In this document: piece after piece, positions 14,517 through 28,724 of the stretch
Position numbering within the stretch: the first letter of the stretch is position 1
Layout: each line of letters starts with the position of its first letter
NCBI RefSeq assembly: GCF_009914755.1
Contig: NC_060926.1
Reading direction: 5' to 3' (one strand)
DNA from: the human T2T-CHM13v2.0 reference genome, Homo sapiens
DNA length: 64,000 bases
Notes under the pieces: generated by a model
The model's database searches: none
What the model saw: the letters and a program-made list of their open reading frames with translations, nothing else
What the model was told of the DNA's origin: nothing
Program-made: the position numbers and the translations under genes

Positions 14517-14855
14517 GTAGGATCTCTCAAACTATTTTACATGATTCTTATGTAAGTGTATGTCTATATCCTGGTTTTTTTTTTAATGTGTGACTGTAAT
14601 AATATTTTAGGTAATCATATCAGGCTTCCTCAGAATTATTTGTGCATTTTCATTTGACTTACAAAAATATTTCGGATGTTGCTAAGTCCCATAGTCACTC
14701 CAGTGGGTTATTTATTACTTTTCAGGCATTAGGAAGCTTATAAAATCCATCTGATGCTTTGAAAGAAGTTAGAGTTTCTACATCAATCACACAATTTGAA
14801 AACATGAATTGTTGCAGCATGTATTACCACTGTACTCTTCACCAGTAGAAATAAC

Positions 14856-15441
14856 TATATATATTATATAATATATATTATATAATATTATGTAAATATA
14901 TGTAAATATATATTTATATTATATATTATATAAAAATATAATATAGAATATATAATATATAAACTATATATTAATATAATATATATAAACTATTATATAA
15001 ATATATATTAAATATATTATATTTTTAATATTTATATATTAAATATAATATATATTTAATATTTATATATTAAATATAATATATATTTAATATTTATATA
15101 TTAAATATATAATATATTTAATATTTATATATTAAATATATAATATATTTAATATTTATATAATATATAGCATATTTTATATTTATATTATATATAACAT
15201 TTTATATTTATATTTATATATATTTAATTTATATTTATATTATATTTATATTTATATTATATATAACATAATTATATATATTTTCATATTGTATATAATA
15301 AAGAAATGTATATTTGTTATATATAATATATATTATATAATTTATTATATATTATATAATATATATTATATAATATATATTATATATTATACATTTATTA
15401 TGTGTTATATAATTATATATTACATATTATATATATAATAT
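14856..15441. repeat. ~585-bp AT-only low-complexity block with a ~31-bp tandem unit, followed by (TC)n to 15458
   Basis: Almost no G or C. About 4 copies of AATATTTATATATTAAATAT(A/T)ATATATTT-like units at ~15027-15160. Confidence 0.95.
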
Positions 15442-16879
15442 CTGTCTCTCTCTCTCTCGCCTAGTTACTAACAGGGCAGCACTAACTGCTGGTGGAAAAT
15501 TTCATTTCTTTCATAAGATCATTTCCCCTGCTGTTGCTTTTACTATAATCCTGCATGAACTGAGGGACCGAAATCTATGAAAGTAATTCCTTGTGGCTGC
15601 TATAGTCTTTCCAGGTTATTTCAGTTCTTACTGGAACTACTGTCGGGTTAGACTCCTTAAATAAAACCCTGTGAAGGCCTATCTTCTCATAGTCGTACAC
15701 ATATTAACAATAGTGATTTGGCATAACATGGGGAATTATTTTTAAAAGTTCTCTATAGTATTAGCCTCCAAAGTGATATCAGTGTTATCTTTATTTATTA
15801 CAGAATTTTTGTTAAAATTGGGAATGCACCAAATTTCATGCCTTATTAATCTTGTAAATATTGACATGGAAATTTTAAATACATTTAAGATTTTAAAATC
15901 TGGGTTATCAAATATTGTCCGCCTGTGGTGAATTCTATTATAAATAGTGGTTGTTTCCCATTATCATATTGTTTTAGAGGATTGTTTTTTACTTGTAGTC
16001 TTTTCCTTTGGTAACTGCACTTATTTTCACTTAATAAGACCATATGGCCCAGAGGCCATTTGAATCGATTTAGAAGGATGAGTTTTACTCTGTGGGGTTT
16101 CTGTGTATGAAGAAATTCTCAACTGGAGTAAATAAACATGGTTTAAACGGCTTATTTTGGAATTCTGTTCTAGTTTTCAGATTTACTTATCTAGAAAAAA
16201 TAGAATGACTATAGCGCTTTTGTGCTTATAACTTTACTACCTTGGAAGAGGAAACAGCTTTGGATGGAATTTCAGCTGATGTGGAGGAGGTGTGCTTCAT
16301 GGGAAGGTCGGGTTGTTAACTAAGGTCAAGGTTTGGAATTCGTGCCTGGTTCTGTTGGTGAGGGGCTTTGTTGGTGAGAAAGGAAAGAGAGGATGAGCAC
16401 GTTTTTGCTCTTTTCCTTTAGGCCTGCTGGATATAGCCTCTCTAGCTCTCATACGGCAATGCGGTTATCTGTCATCAGAACAGGAAACACTTTGACGCTT
16501 AGCTCTGGTTCACTCTGTCCCTAAACAAATGGAATGGAATGAGAATAATTTTCATCCACCAGTCCTCAGTGAGTCTGCACGAGGCAGTAAGAGGAACTGT
16601 CAGTAGAGTGTTTCCTTGGAAATTATTTTTTCTTAAACTAGACCAGTTTTATGCCAATTTCCTTTCAACTGCCTCTGGTTATAACAAATGCTTTTTTTTT
16701 TTAATAAAAAAAAAAAGGAAAGGAAAGAAGAACTAGACACTGTTCTTCTTGTTGAATTAATTTGTGTGGGAATTTCTTTCTTTAATTCCATCCAAGCAGC
16801 ACTCAATTTTTGATGAGCTGTGTAGTTTAGTCTTACTCATAATGCGAAGTAGAAATGCATACATAGAATTCATCTGACT

Positions 16880-17040
16880 GAAATAGCTTTGGAGGACTTC
16901 ATAAGCCATCTTGTCCAACCCTCTCATTTCACAGCTCAGGAGGCAGAAATCCAGAAGAGGGTAGGTGGCATTCAGAAGGTCACACAGTTTATTAAAGGCT
17001 GAACCTGACAAGAAACACATGCTCCTCTTTCTTATTCCAG
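16880..17040 (-). mobile_element. MIR-family fragment
   Basis: CCAACCCTCTCATTTCACAG...GAGGCAGAAATCCAGAAGAGG...AAGGTCACACAG. Confidence 0.6.
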
Positions 17041-17921
17041 AGCTCTCTCCAGTTGGCAAGCCTACCCTAACTGCCCTAACCTCAGCATGATTTCTGAGTG
17101 ACTTCCTTCTTTGGGTAGCAGGCTTGACCTAGCTGAATCATTATTGCTTATTTGTAGAACTTTAAATACTTCTTTTAATGTATATTTTAAAAATATTTTT
17201 ATTAACTTTCTTGGAATGGACAATATGTTTGCCCAATCTAAACTGAGACAAAAAAAATTAAAGATGCTGCATCAGAAATAATCAAAACAAGGTAATTCAA
17301 ATCTGTAGAATACCTTAAATTTCAGAAAATAAGAAGCACATAGTTCTATCAATACAGCATAAATTTGTCTTTGTGTTCAGATTCTTCCAAAAAGTACAGT
17401 AGGAAAATTCTCATAATACCAGTGTAGTGGATCCATTTTAAGAGGTTAGAGGCTACAGCTGCCTCTTACTTCTAGAATCAAAAATATGGATTATTACATG
17501 TGCTGTTAGAAGAATCCCTGACAGCTTGCACTGATCGGTTTTCTTCTGTCTTTAGGTCAAATGAGCCTGTTGTGTCTCATTTTCTATGGTGGTTTAATAA
17601 GCACCTATTCTACCCTAAAAAATAGGGAAGTAGACACTACAGAACAACCTTACAGACATGTTAGTGAACTATTCAGTAAAGTTACTGCTGTGTTGGTAGG
17701 AAATATTTAAGCAGTTGAAAGTAAGCCTGACAATATAATCTTATTCTATAATTGCTGTATATAAGAGAGTCTGCTCATACTTATAATTAGCAGAGTCAAA
17801 TACTTTTGTTAAAGAAGACCTAGAAATACTTAAGGTGCTCTGAAGTCCTAGCAGACAGTGTACACATACAAATTAACACATTTTCCTAGGTTCTATTTTT
17901 TCTTATAAACTACATGTCTGA

Positions 17922-18290
<369 letters not shown>

Positions 18291-18334
18291 TAAAAGAAAA
18301 GTTACTCAAGATATACCTATGTCTAATTTCAATA

Positions 18335-19120
18335 TCAGTCAGGGGTCCATAGGAGATAGAAACCCCAGAAGTTAATTTTAGGAGTGACTGTAATATAAAG
18401 AATCATTAACCAGAGGGAACCATCAAGCCTGTGTTGCTCAAAGTAAATTGATCTACTGTTTACTACCAGTCTGCAATGAGATAAGAAGCTTGCACCTGAA
18501 TGTAAAGCAGCTCCTCCTGATTTTTGAAAAAGTCTATCTATGAAGAAAAGTTAGCTGAAAACAGTGTGCTTAGTGATCCAGTTAATTTACCTCGAGTGTA
18601 AGCTCCTTATGTTGTTGTGGACTTGTAACAGACATTTCAAGGACTGGGCCTCACCCATTAGCACCCCACTGAGGTATAGTGGAGGTAGTAATAGCAGGAA
18701 GGCACTGCCACTGTGAGGACAAGGGGATTACAGAACATAGAGGCTCAAAGGAAGAGCCATGGAGCCAGAGAAGACTTCTGACAAGGGGACACTGACCAGC
18801 TGGTGTCCCTGAGGGAGCATGAGGGGCTTGGCTCTGGGAATGTGGAAAAACTACAAATTGGAACCAGCTGCTGCTGCTGGAATGAACTGCTACTGCTGGA
18901 GTGAAGATGCACTGCTGGGTGGGTTTGGAGGCAGGGGATGAACGTGATGACAAGAACTAGAAGCAAAACAGAAAGGAGCAAGTCCCATCTTCCTCTTGCA
19001 GCCTTCCAGCCTTCCTCAAGTGCTTCTAAGAAGCTAAACTTGGCAAGGCACCAGCTCCTTAAAGCCAGCAGAAGTGCGGCTTGCACAGTCTCTGCTCTGA
19101 GACCGGCAGCAGTATCTCAA
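18335..19120. mobile_element. Old ERVL-type LTR remnant interrupted by a MER5C-like hAT element (~18428-18640)
   Basis: The inner part has an imperfect inverted repeat (GAGATAAGAAGCTTGCAC..ATGTAAA versus TTTAC..GTGTAAGCTCCTTAT). The flanks resemble LTR33/LTR41-type sequence (GCAAGTCCCATCTTCCTCTTGCAGCCTTCCAG). Names are tentative. Confidence 0.45.
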
Positions 19121-20725
19121 TAACTAGCCCAATTGTCTCATATTGCTGCATTCTGAAATGTACTCTGATAAATCTTATTATAACCTATTTTATTACATTT
19201 TTAAAACATGAAGGTTGCCCCATTACATTGACTTCATGACTAACTGCTGGGTGAAAACTTGTGGTTGAGAGTGCCCCGTCAGACTGAGTCCTTTGCCCAC
19301 TCCCTTAGACTTTCTGAATCCAACCTTAACTAAGGTGCAGCCTTTCATTCTTCATGCGGTGTTCTCAAATTCAACACACAAAGCCACGAAGTGTTCCCTG
19401 GTTTCATACTTTGAGATGTTCTCTTTTGTTTATTGCTTAGTTCGGAATCTTTCTGAAATGGGAACAAGATTGTAATTTTTTTTGCCTATTTTGAGACTGA
19501 AAATAGAATTTGTCTAGCCATTAGAATATGAGTCCATTTAAGATTTTGTTCTCTGTGTCATTTTAAAAATCTTAAAATTGCTTGGACTATGTTGCTGTTT
19601 AAGGAGGCTTTAAATTTGGTTTTAATGAAAATGACCCCCATGAAATACTTCTATAAGAAGTGCACATGATATATAATACTAACATTGGGAAGGGACCCTA
19701 AAGATCACCTATCCCAAATTTCCCATTTCAGAAAACAAAAACCAATTTCAGAAAGATGAATTGACTTGCCCGAAGCAAAACTGGAAGCCTGTTTTGCTGT
19801 CTTTGGACTGTCTAGGTTAAAAACAATAACAACAACAACAACTTAGATAAGTTTTAAAAAGCTAGCAGTTTAAGTAACTTTTTATTAGTAAATTTACCTT
19901 ACTAATGAAAACTAAAAGTCACATCAGTATAGAATGATAAGTTGGAAGTCAAGATTGAGATTTCAGTCTTGACCCTGCTCATTATACTTAATGGAACCTT
20001 TGCTCTCTGAAAGCTCATTTTTCTCATCTGTAAGATGGGAAAAGAGAGGTGGTCTCTGCTGGGAATTATTTGTGTAAGTCCATTGTCATCCCTTCACATA
20101 AAAAATACTGTTCTGTTGCTGCCTCCTACTCCGTAAGACCCGTTGTCCTGGCTGTGCTTCGATGCTTACAAATAGGTAAACATCTGCAACAAAAAGATCT
20201 TGAATAACGAAAGGAAATTCTTCAGAGCTGCTGCTTATTGCATCTTCCTTTCCCTCTTCTACCTACATCTACCCTCTTGCATATGTTCTGATTCTCCTCG
20301 TCCCTTTCATTTACCCTACCTCATTTTCCTTCTGTGTTGGCTTGTGGCTGGCATTCTATCTGAGAGGGCATTCCAAGGCCAGTGAGAAACCAAGGATAAT
20401 GTGACTGTGAGGCCCTGTAGAGGCCGTCAGAACGCCTGGGTTATTGAATTCTGCCATTAATCAGCTTTGTGACCTTTACGCAAGCCTCTTAATCTCTCTT
20501 GGATTTAATTGCTTCGTCTCTAAAATCAGTAATGTAGACTATCCTAACTAATGGCTTTCAGCTCATATCCCATAATTCAGTAAAGAATTTGAAATTGCTC
20601 ATATGTATGGTGAGCTGGTCCCACCTCCTTGGAAGGTGGCACAGTAATGCAGAATAATCTTAAATATCTTCTTATATTTTGACCTGGCACTCCAACTCCT
20701 ATGAACTTATCTTTAATAAAAAATT

Positions 20726-21178
<453 letters not shown>

Positions 21179-21899
21179 TTAGAAGAATATTTTAATTAAA
21201 TTATCAAAGTGACAAAATGACATGCAATCTTTTTGAGAAAAACTATAACTATTCTTAAAATATTTAGTAGAATGTTACATGAAAGTAACAATCTCATGTA
21301 TGTGTTTTACTGTGGTAGTAATGTAATGGATAAATCACAGCAGTAGGTAAAAATGAAGACTCCTTTTACAGGTAGAAATTTGGAGGTTTTTTTCAATATA
21401 TCTTTAATACTTTATTTTCTATTAAATAAAATTAACTCTGAAATGTAGGAATTGGAATGGAAAAGACTATACATAGGATTAGGTATACCTAGGTCATAAA
21501 AGAACATGAGGTTGTGAATTTTAAAGAGGAGGAAATAAAAATTAAAAGTCGAATTCCATTTAAATGGTGAAGAAATAGAAATGTTTGGTCTGAAAAAAAA
21601 AATTCAGCTGTTTATGTTTGCCTAGTTCTCACTGTTTTGCTTTATTTATCTGCTACTTTCAACTGAACTCATACTAGCAAAGCTGAGAATCTGTGGTTGC
21701 TGCATTCTTGGTAGTTTTGGATCTCATCAGAAATCATCTCCTAATTTTCAGACTGGGTATAGAAATTCCTTTTTACACAAGTTGGTATCATTCCACAGAA
21801 CAATTTTTTCTCTCCTTCTATGTTATGAATTTATTTTCTGCAATGTAACTAGCAGACCATCTATATACTATTCACATTAAGAAACTGGTTGGACTAAGA

Positions 21900-22030
21900 A
21901 AAATGTTTGAGGTGATGAATATCCCAGTTACCCTGATTTGACCATTGCACATCGTATCAAAAAAAAAAAAGTATCAAAAATAAAACACATTACCCCCAAA
22001 ACATGTACAACTACTATATATCAATTAAAA
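21900..22030 (+). mobile_element. L1MA 3' terminal fragment
   Basis: AATGTTTGAGGTGATGAATATCCCAGTTACCCTGATTTGACCATT...TCAATTAAAA. Confidence 0.7.
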
Positions 22031-23959
22031 TATATAAACAAAAATTCAATTCAGGGATTTTTTTTGAAGCTAATTTGGACTTTATATTTTGACATTTAAG
22101 GAAATATACTTTGACATTGTCCATTGCCCAGAATAAATTAAAAACTTTTTCAGATGATAAAGGTATTTCATCAGCACTGAGATTATTGCTTATAGCTTCT
22201 TGTTTAGTGGTATGCCATACTTTGATTTTGGTTTTATAAAATTTTCTGTAAAGAGCATTGAGAAGCCTTTCCTCATGTTGTTGCTGCATTGTGTTTAGGC
22301 TGTGTCTTGAGAGAATGGCATTTCAGATTGACAGCTTTCTTCAGGCTGTGAGGTATACAGACTTTAGGACTTCATAAAGCTGAAGTATAGATTTTTGGGG
22401 AAGATATTGGGGATTCCTTGAACTCCAAGAGCAAATGGTGGCTGCTGCATTCTGAGTTCTTGCTCTTTTGTAATTATACAAGAGTTTCTGGATTTGGTGT
22501 TTTATAAAACCATAAATCTTATTTTTTCAGCTCACTTGATAACATAGCAACTTTGTAGAAACTCTAGAAATAAAAAAAAAAGAACGCATGTCAGAGTCTA
22601 CCAAAATAACACTCACTTAAATATGATTTTCATTATTAGACAGTCCCCTGAAGGCATAGACTTCTACTCAAAAGTTTAGAGTTGAACTTGACTATGAAAA
22701 ACATTGGTCTAATTTATATGCTGTGACAAAACTAGCTTTACAGGCTTCCTTTGGCCGGAGGCAGTGCCTGAGAAGGGAGTTGCATTAGTATTCACCTCCT
22801 GTTTCTACCATGGGAAATAGAAAACTAGTAACTCCCAGAAGATTCAGGTAATTTGATAGGAAGTATTGATCCATGTATCAAAATCTGTACCTGCACATTC
22901 ACTCTGCATTAGCTGAACCATCATCAGAGACCTCTCTGACACAGAAAGAAAAATGATTTACTGAATTTAGCGAGGAAAGCATTACTCAAGTGTGTTTTTT
23001 CTAAAATCTGAAAGCTAATGGCGTTCACATACCATGATCACCATAATAGAACATTTTCCTCATCAACAACAATAATGAAACAAACCAGATGTTCTTTGCT
23101 TAAGAACAGCTTTCTGGGGGAAGTAATGAGATGTTCTACTTCTGCTTGTGAAGCCAGTGTTCTTTCCCAGCAGGGAAGGGCCTCATCTTGTCTGGGTGTG
23201 TTTGGGATGGGGGTGGGGTGCTTAGGACAAGTACTTGATGTGGAGCAGAGCAGCAGGAATTCCGATTGGACCAGCTCATGCTCTGATTATAGCTCTGTGT
23301 GTGGTTCCAGGGGAACTCTAGTTCAGGGAGTATCTGGTACTGGGTCTGCTGTCAGGTGGGACAAATGGCTTAGTGTTTGTGCTTTGTTTTGTTTATGTTT
23401 GCCTCCCTTCTCATTTATTAATGCACATGAGAATAGGCCTGCTTGACAGGGGCCGTTGCTGTCATTGCTTAGGATTTATTAGTCAAAAATCTGGTGATAC
23501 TAGTTATCTTGGAATGACTATTCCAAAGCACAGACAAGGTGACCATTTTGTGCCCAAGAAATGTAGGCTTCCACAAGGAAGTGAAGAGTGAAAAGGATAA
23601 AGTAACTTTTTCCCTCATAGAAATTAATCTATATTGATAGAGGTAGTTTTACCTGAGTGGGGTAAAGAGAGACTGCTGGAGTGAGTGCTGGCAATGTTCT
23701 CGATATGGATAGTGATGTAAGTATTTACATATCTAGACATACATCAAATTTCTGTGCCCTTAGGACCGTGTACTTTACCTTAACAACTTAATAACGTCTG
23801 TTAATCCTATAGCTGCCATACAAAGCAGTCCCTGCATGTTGCTGAATGGAAATGTGGGCATAAAGCATTCAAGTAGGAAAAGCTGGGATTTAAAGGGTGT
23901 TCCATTCCTGGCTATTTCCAAAGAGCTTCTGTTCATACTGGTGGGAGATACTGATCTCT

Positions 23960-25250
23960 GTTCATTTGTTCATTCTTTCTTTAAGAATCTGTTGAGCACC
24001 CATCCTATGACAGCAGTGATTGTGGGCACCATGGATGAAACAGTCTGAGACACTAACCTTGTGGTGCCAAGGCTATTATTGCTCTTTTCCCTGGTATCAT
24101 CAGTAACATGGGAGCCTAATTCAATTTAGCAGACATTTATTAAGCATCTATGCACAAGACATGGTGTCAGATGTAGGAAGCTATGGCTCCTGCCTTCAGG
24201 GATTTTGTAATCTAGCAGAGAAGTTAAGCTTTGTCCAAAAATACTTATATAATATGAGGCTTTGTGATAAGTGGAATGTTGCATTAAGGAGATGGGACAT
24301 TTTAGCCAAAGAAGGCTGAGTTTTCCTGTTTGTCCTCATTCTAAAAGATACCTGGTGTTTGTGTGGAAAGGGCTTCCTCACTTTCCTTCTCCTTGACCTT
24401 AATATATAGTCTCTCATCTTATTAACTCATTCTGTACCACTAACCCATGTCTTGTCTGTATTCTCTTTCCATCTTCCTCCATATACCCAGAGTGGTGACT
24501 GAGTGGAGTTGGGAACTAAAGATGATGGTGGAGAGTCATTTCAGATCTTTCCTCCATCCCTTGGCCCAATCCACCCATGGATTGCTGTAAAATTACATCC
24601 TTAATCCTGGCCAGCAGAACTTAACCACCAGATGTTGATGTCACTATTCCTTCATTACCATTTAACCCTTTCACAGACGACATGATTGCTCAGACCACTT
24701 GTCCTTCCCAGCCGCCCCATTTCACCCTTCTCTGCACCACTTGCCTTACTTTCAAATACCAGATGAGTATTACTGTACCGGAAATGTCATTTTTTTTTAG
24801 ACGTGTCTTTCAATTAAACTGATTGTAATCAGTTTAACCGATTTGTTCTTGAGAGTTCTTCCCTGGCTTCCCATAGAAACTGCACGGAACAAAGTCCCCA
24901 GCTTTTCCTCTGGACGTTAGCAACTTTGACAAAGGCAAATGAAGCATAAAACTGTCACCTAGTCTTTAGACTTCCCACTGCCGCACATATTCCTGTCCCA
25001 GGCAGCTGGATGCATGGCTTCCTCAGGGTTTGCTAATGTAGCATCACGTACATAGAATGACCGTCCTCACCTTTACCTAAAACCTACCAGCCCAGGTTCT
25101 TTGTTTATCCCCTCACCATTGAACACCTATAATGTTAAGCCCTTTAAATCTCTATTGTATAGGTTGGAAGGTTGTTTTGCATATATGTAAAGCACCTTGT
25201 TTCGTCCCTGAGCCACGAGAGGTGTTCAATAAACAGGAATTATCATTATT
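23960..25250. mobile_element. Several degraded L2 fragments (both orientations)
   Basis: L2 3'-end signatures TTCATTTGTTCATTC..TTGAGCACC, CAGACATTTATTAAGCATCTA and GGTGTTCAATAAA. Boundaries are approximate. Confidence 0.45.
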
Positions 25251-25621
25251 ATCATACGGTATAATTCAGTACTTAAGTATGAAGTATCATGTCTGAGTGC
25301 TTTCATATCAAATTTATTTCCATCCAGTTTTGTAAGCTGCTCACAGCAGGGCCTCATACCCCGCATGAATCTCCTATAGCACTTGATATCCAGCCAAATA
25401 GATGGTTCATACTTGAGTAATGGAATAAAAAAAAAAAGCCACTTTGCTATTTTGTAATAATTTTGTTAAAAATTTTTTGGGGAAAACAACTTTAATGACT
25501 AAAATCAAGTATGGTATAGTAATTAAGTGAGAATTCTCATTATCTCTTGTTACCCCATTTCCCATTACTTTGCCTTTTTAAAAAATGTATGTGGAATTAG
25601 CAGTAAAAATGATCTACTGTA

Positions 25622-25886
25622 GGCAGGGGGCAGTGGCACACACCATAATCCCAGGTCTTTGGGAGACTGAGGCAGGCATATCACTTGAGCCCAGGAGTTT
25701 GAGACCAACCTAGGCAATGTGACAAAACGCCGTCTCTACAAAAAAATATAAAAATTAGCCAGACACTGTGGCTGAGGCGGGCAGGTCTATTGAGCCCAGG
25801 AGGTTGAAGCAGCAGTGAGCTATGATCGTGCCACTGCACTCCAGCCTGGGAGACAGAATGAGACCCTGTCTCAAAAACACAAAAAA
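25622..25886 (+). mobile_element. AluJ-like with ~30-bp internal deletion in the right arm
   Basis: CACTTGAGCCCAGGAGTTTGAGACC. The CCTGTAGTCCCAGCTACT segment is missing. AAAAA(T/A)GATCTAC on both flanks. Confidence 0.88.
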
Positions 25887-27174
25887 GATCTACCCTCAGA
25901 ATGTTAGTTCTGAATAGTTGGTTAGTTGGGAATTTTCCAGTATTTTTGTCTTTTGTCTTGTGTTTAAAGGAGAGTGTGTGTGTACATACACATATACATG
26001 TGTGATCTGGTTAGTGAAGCTGTGGTGGCTGATATCCAGGGTCCCATCACTAAGAAGTGAGTGAAGGATGCTTCATGATGTCTCCATTACTACAATGTTA
26101 ACAGAGTAATCAGGGAGTATCAGACTGACTCTTGGGCCCTCAAAATGGAAGATCAGGTATTCTTGCCTCTCCCTGGCACAGCACAAGCTTTCCTGGTAGT
26201 ATAATGAAAGTTGCAGAATGGAGCATAACCATTTTAGCATTTCACTTGCCCTCTCTTTCCAGCGTACAGTAAAGGCCTATATTGCTTAGGAGCATTAATT
26301 GATAATATTCTAGGAATTGTGCTTATAATGACTTACATACTAGAGGACACTTAGTGAAAACAGCATAAGAAATGTATTCTGTTTCCACAGCTAATAGCCT
26401 TGTTGTGAATTGTCAGGATCTACTTTGTGGATGCATGTTCCTCTCCATAGCAGACCCTTGATTAGGGGGTTAAGAGTAAATGATGTGGTATCATAACACA
26501 GTTTCTTAATAGGATGCATGATGTTCAGTATTGGCGGAAGAGTTATATTTGGCACTAGCTATTAGATCCGAATGGGCGGAGGTAATAACTATACCGCAGT
26601 GTTCTGCCCACGTGTGTGTATGTGCATGCATCACTGCTATCTGAAGCATGAAGCAAGAACTAGCTCTGTTTACTTTGTTCCTCCTAATCACAGCCCCTTC
26701 CATCCTCACCTCAATTTTTACTTAAGCTAGTACTTGAAGCTATAAAGAAATTGATAAAGTGATACTTCGCTAATTAGTTTGATTTCTTGTGAATTATAAA
26801 AAAAACTGTAAAAACAAAATTACCAAATGCTATGGGATACAACTTGAGTGAGGCCCTATAAACCTAATTTATAATTTTGTTGTTGTTGTTGTCGGGTGGG
26901 GCTAGGCAGGAAAATGATTCCCCACTTACCTTTTCTTATTAGCCAGTTGTTTGACTTTAGAGAATGGACTCCTCTAGTTGATTTCTATGTAGTACAAGAA
27001 GTGTTGATAGCATGATGTTTTGTCAAAGACTAGCAAGATTCTGATTACTGAATGCTACCACCAAAAATGCACCATTCTATACATCACTTATTATAACTAT
27101 TGTAGCCCTTTAGATGGGAGTGTAGAAACTAAAAATAGAGTTTACGTCTTGATACCAGTTGATCATTATTGCCA

Positions 27175-27480
27175 TCTCCCTCAGGAGGGAGAATTCCTTT
27201 CCTTGCGTTTTTCGGCTCACAGTGGCTGCCTGTATTCCTTGGCTCATGGCAGCTTCTTCCATCTTCAAAATCTATCACTCTAATCTCTACTTCTGTCATC
27301 AGTTCGCCTTCTCTTTTGTAGTCAAACCTCCCTCTGTCTCCTTTCTATACGCCCGGATAATTTCTTCATCTCGAGGTCCAGAATCACATCTGCAGTTTCT
27401 TTTGCCATATAAGGTAACATTCACAAGTTCCAGAATTTAAGATGTGGATATCTTTGGGTGCCATTATTCAGCCTACCATA
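27175..27480 (-). mobile_element. MLT1C/D-like MaLR LTR fragment
   Basis: Ends in GATGTGGATATCTTTGGGTGCCATTATTCAGCCTACCATA, the reverse complement of the MLT1 5' end. Confidence 0.75.
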
Positions 27481-28342
27481 CCATGCCGGTCTCCTACTGG
27501 TGTCTCCTGATCTCTGAGAAGGCATTCGCTAGTATATCCAGAGGGAAATGCCATTTTGTTAAGAACTGATATAGCATAAAAATCTTTCTGTGGAAAGGTC
27601 ACATATTCTTTATCCTTAAACAGCTTACAGGCTAATAGGAGATATGACTTGCTTGCAAGTATTTTTGGCATCAGGCAGCACATGGTAAGTGCTGTAGTGA
27701 TGATGAAAATAGATGTCTAGGATTACAGAAGGGGGAGGGAGGATTTCAGATAGGGTGCTCAGGGAAGTCTGAACTGAGCATGTGACTGAGGATGAAGGAA
27801 GCTTCAGCTCAGGAAGATGAAGAAAGGAGGTGAAGGGGAATAATAGAAAGTGGTAAGTCTGGAATGTGGGAAGAGTTGTGTTTGGGGATGGGGAAGAGAG
27901 GAGGCAGCAGATATGAGAATGATGAGAGGCAAGTGAGGCAGATGAACAAAGGTGGGGTCAAGCATTCAACTTCTGTTTAGTAGGGAAAGCATAAAGAAAT
28001 GACAGATGATTGAGCTGGAGAAAGGAAAGCTGGTCACAGTGTGCAGAATGAATTAAAATTCACAAAGACTGGAGGCAAGGAGATCTGTGTTAGCCACTGC
28101 AGCAGCCATGCTCCTTGTTGTCCCTGGCATTGGTCCACATGCAGGTGAAACAGCTTCTTGTGTATCACTTGGAGATTTTGTTAGGCATACCCAAGAAAAG
28201 TCAGCTGACAGCCAGTTTCAGGCAGGTAAACCATTTCCTCCTTGTTAGGAAGACTTACCAGGCACTGAAGAGGTAAGACTGAACTTAAAAAGAGAAAGAA
28301 GAGATAAGCAACATGTTCTCAACGTATTAAAAGTAACTTCTA

Positions 28343-28625
28343 GGCTGGGCGCGGTGGCTCATGCCTGTAATCCCAGCACTTTGGGAGGCCAAGATGGGCA
28401 GATCACGAGGTCAGGAGTTTGAGACCAGCCTGACCAACATGGGGAAACCCCGTCTCTATTAAAAATACAAAAATTAGGCAGGCATGGTGGTGCACACTTG
28501 TAATCCCAGCTACTCAGGAGGCTGAGGCAGGAGAATTTCTTGAACCCGGGGGCGGAGGTTGCAGTGAGCCGAGATCACACCACTGCACTCCAGCCTGGGT
28601 GACAGAGCGAGACTGCATCTAAAAA

Positions 28626-28720
<95 letters not shown>
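28343..28720 (+). mobile_element. AluS with compound A23-(TA)n-(AG)n tail
   Basis: TSD AGTAACTTCTA at 28332-28342 and 28721-28731 encloses the microsatellites. Confidence 0.95.

Positions 28721-28724
<4 letters not shown>

Noticed and set aside
16400-17560. Isolated strong acceptors at ~16420 and ~17555
   Set aside because: They have no convincing paired donor or CERS6-like reading frame.
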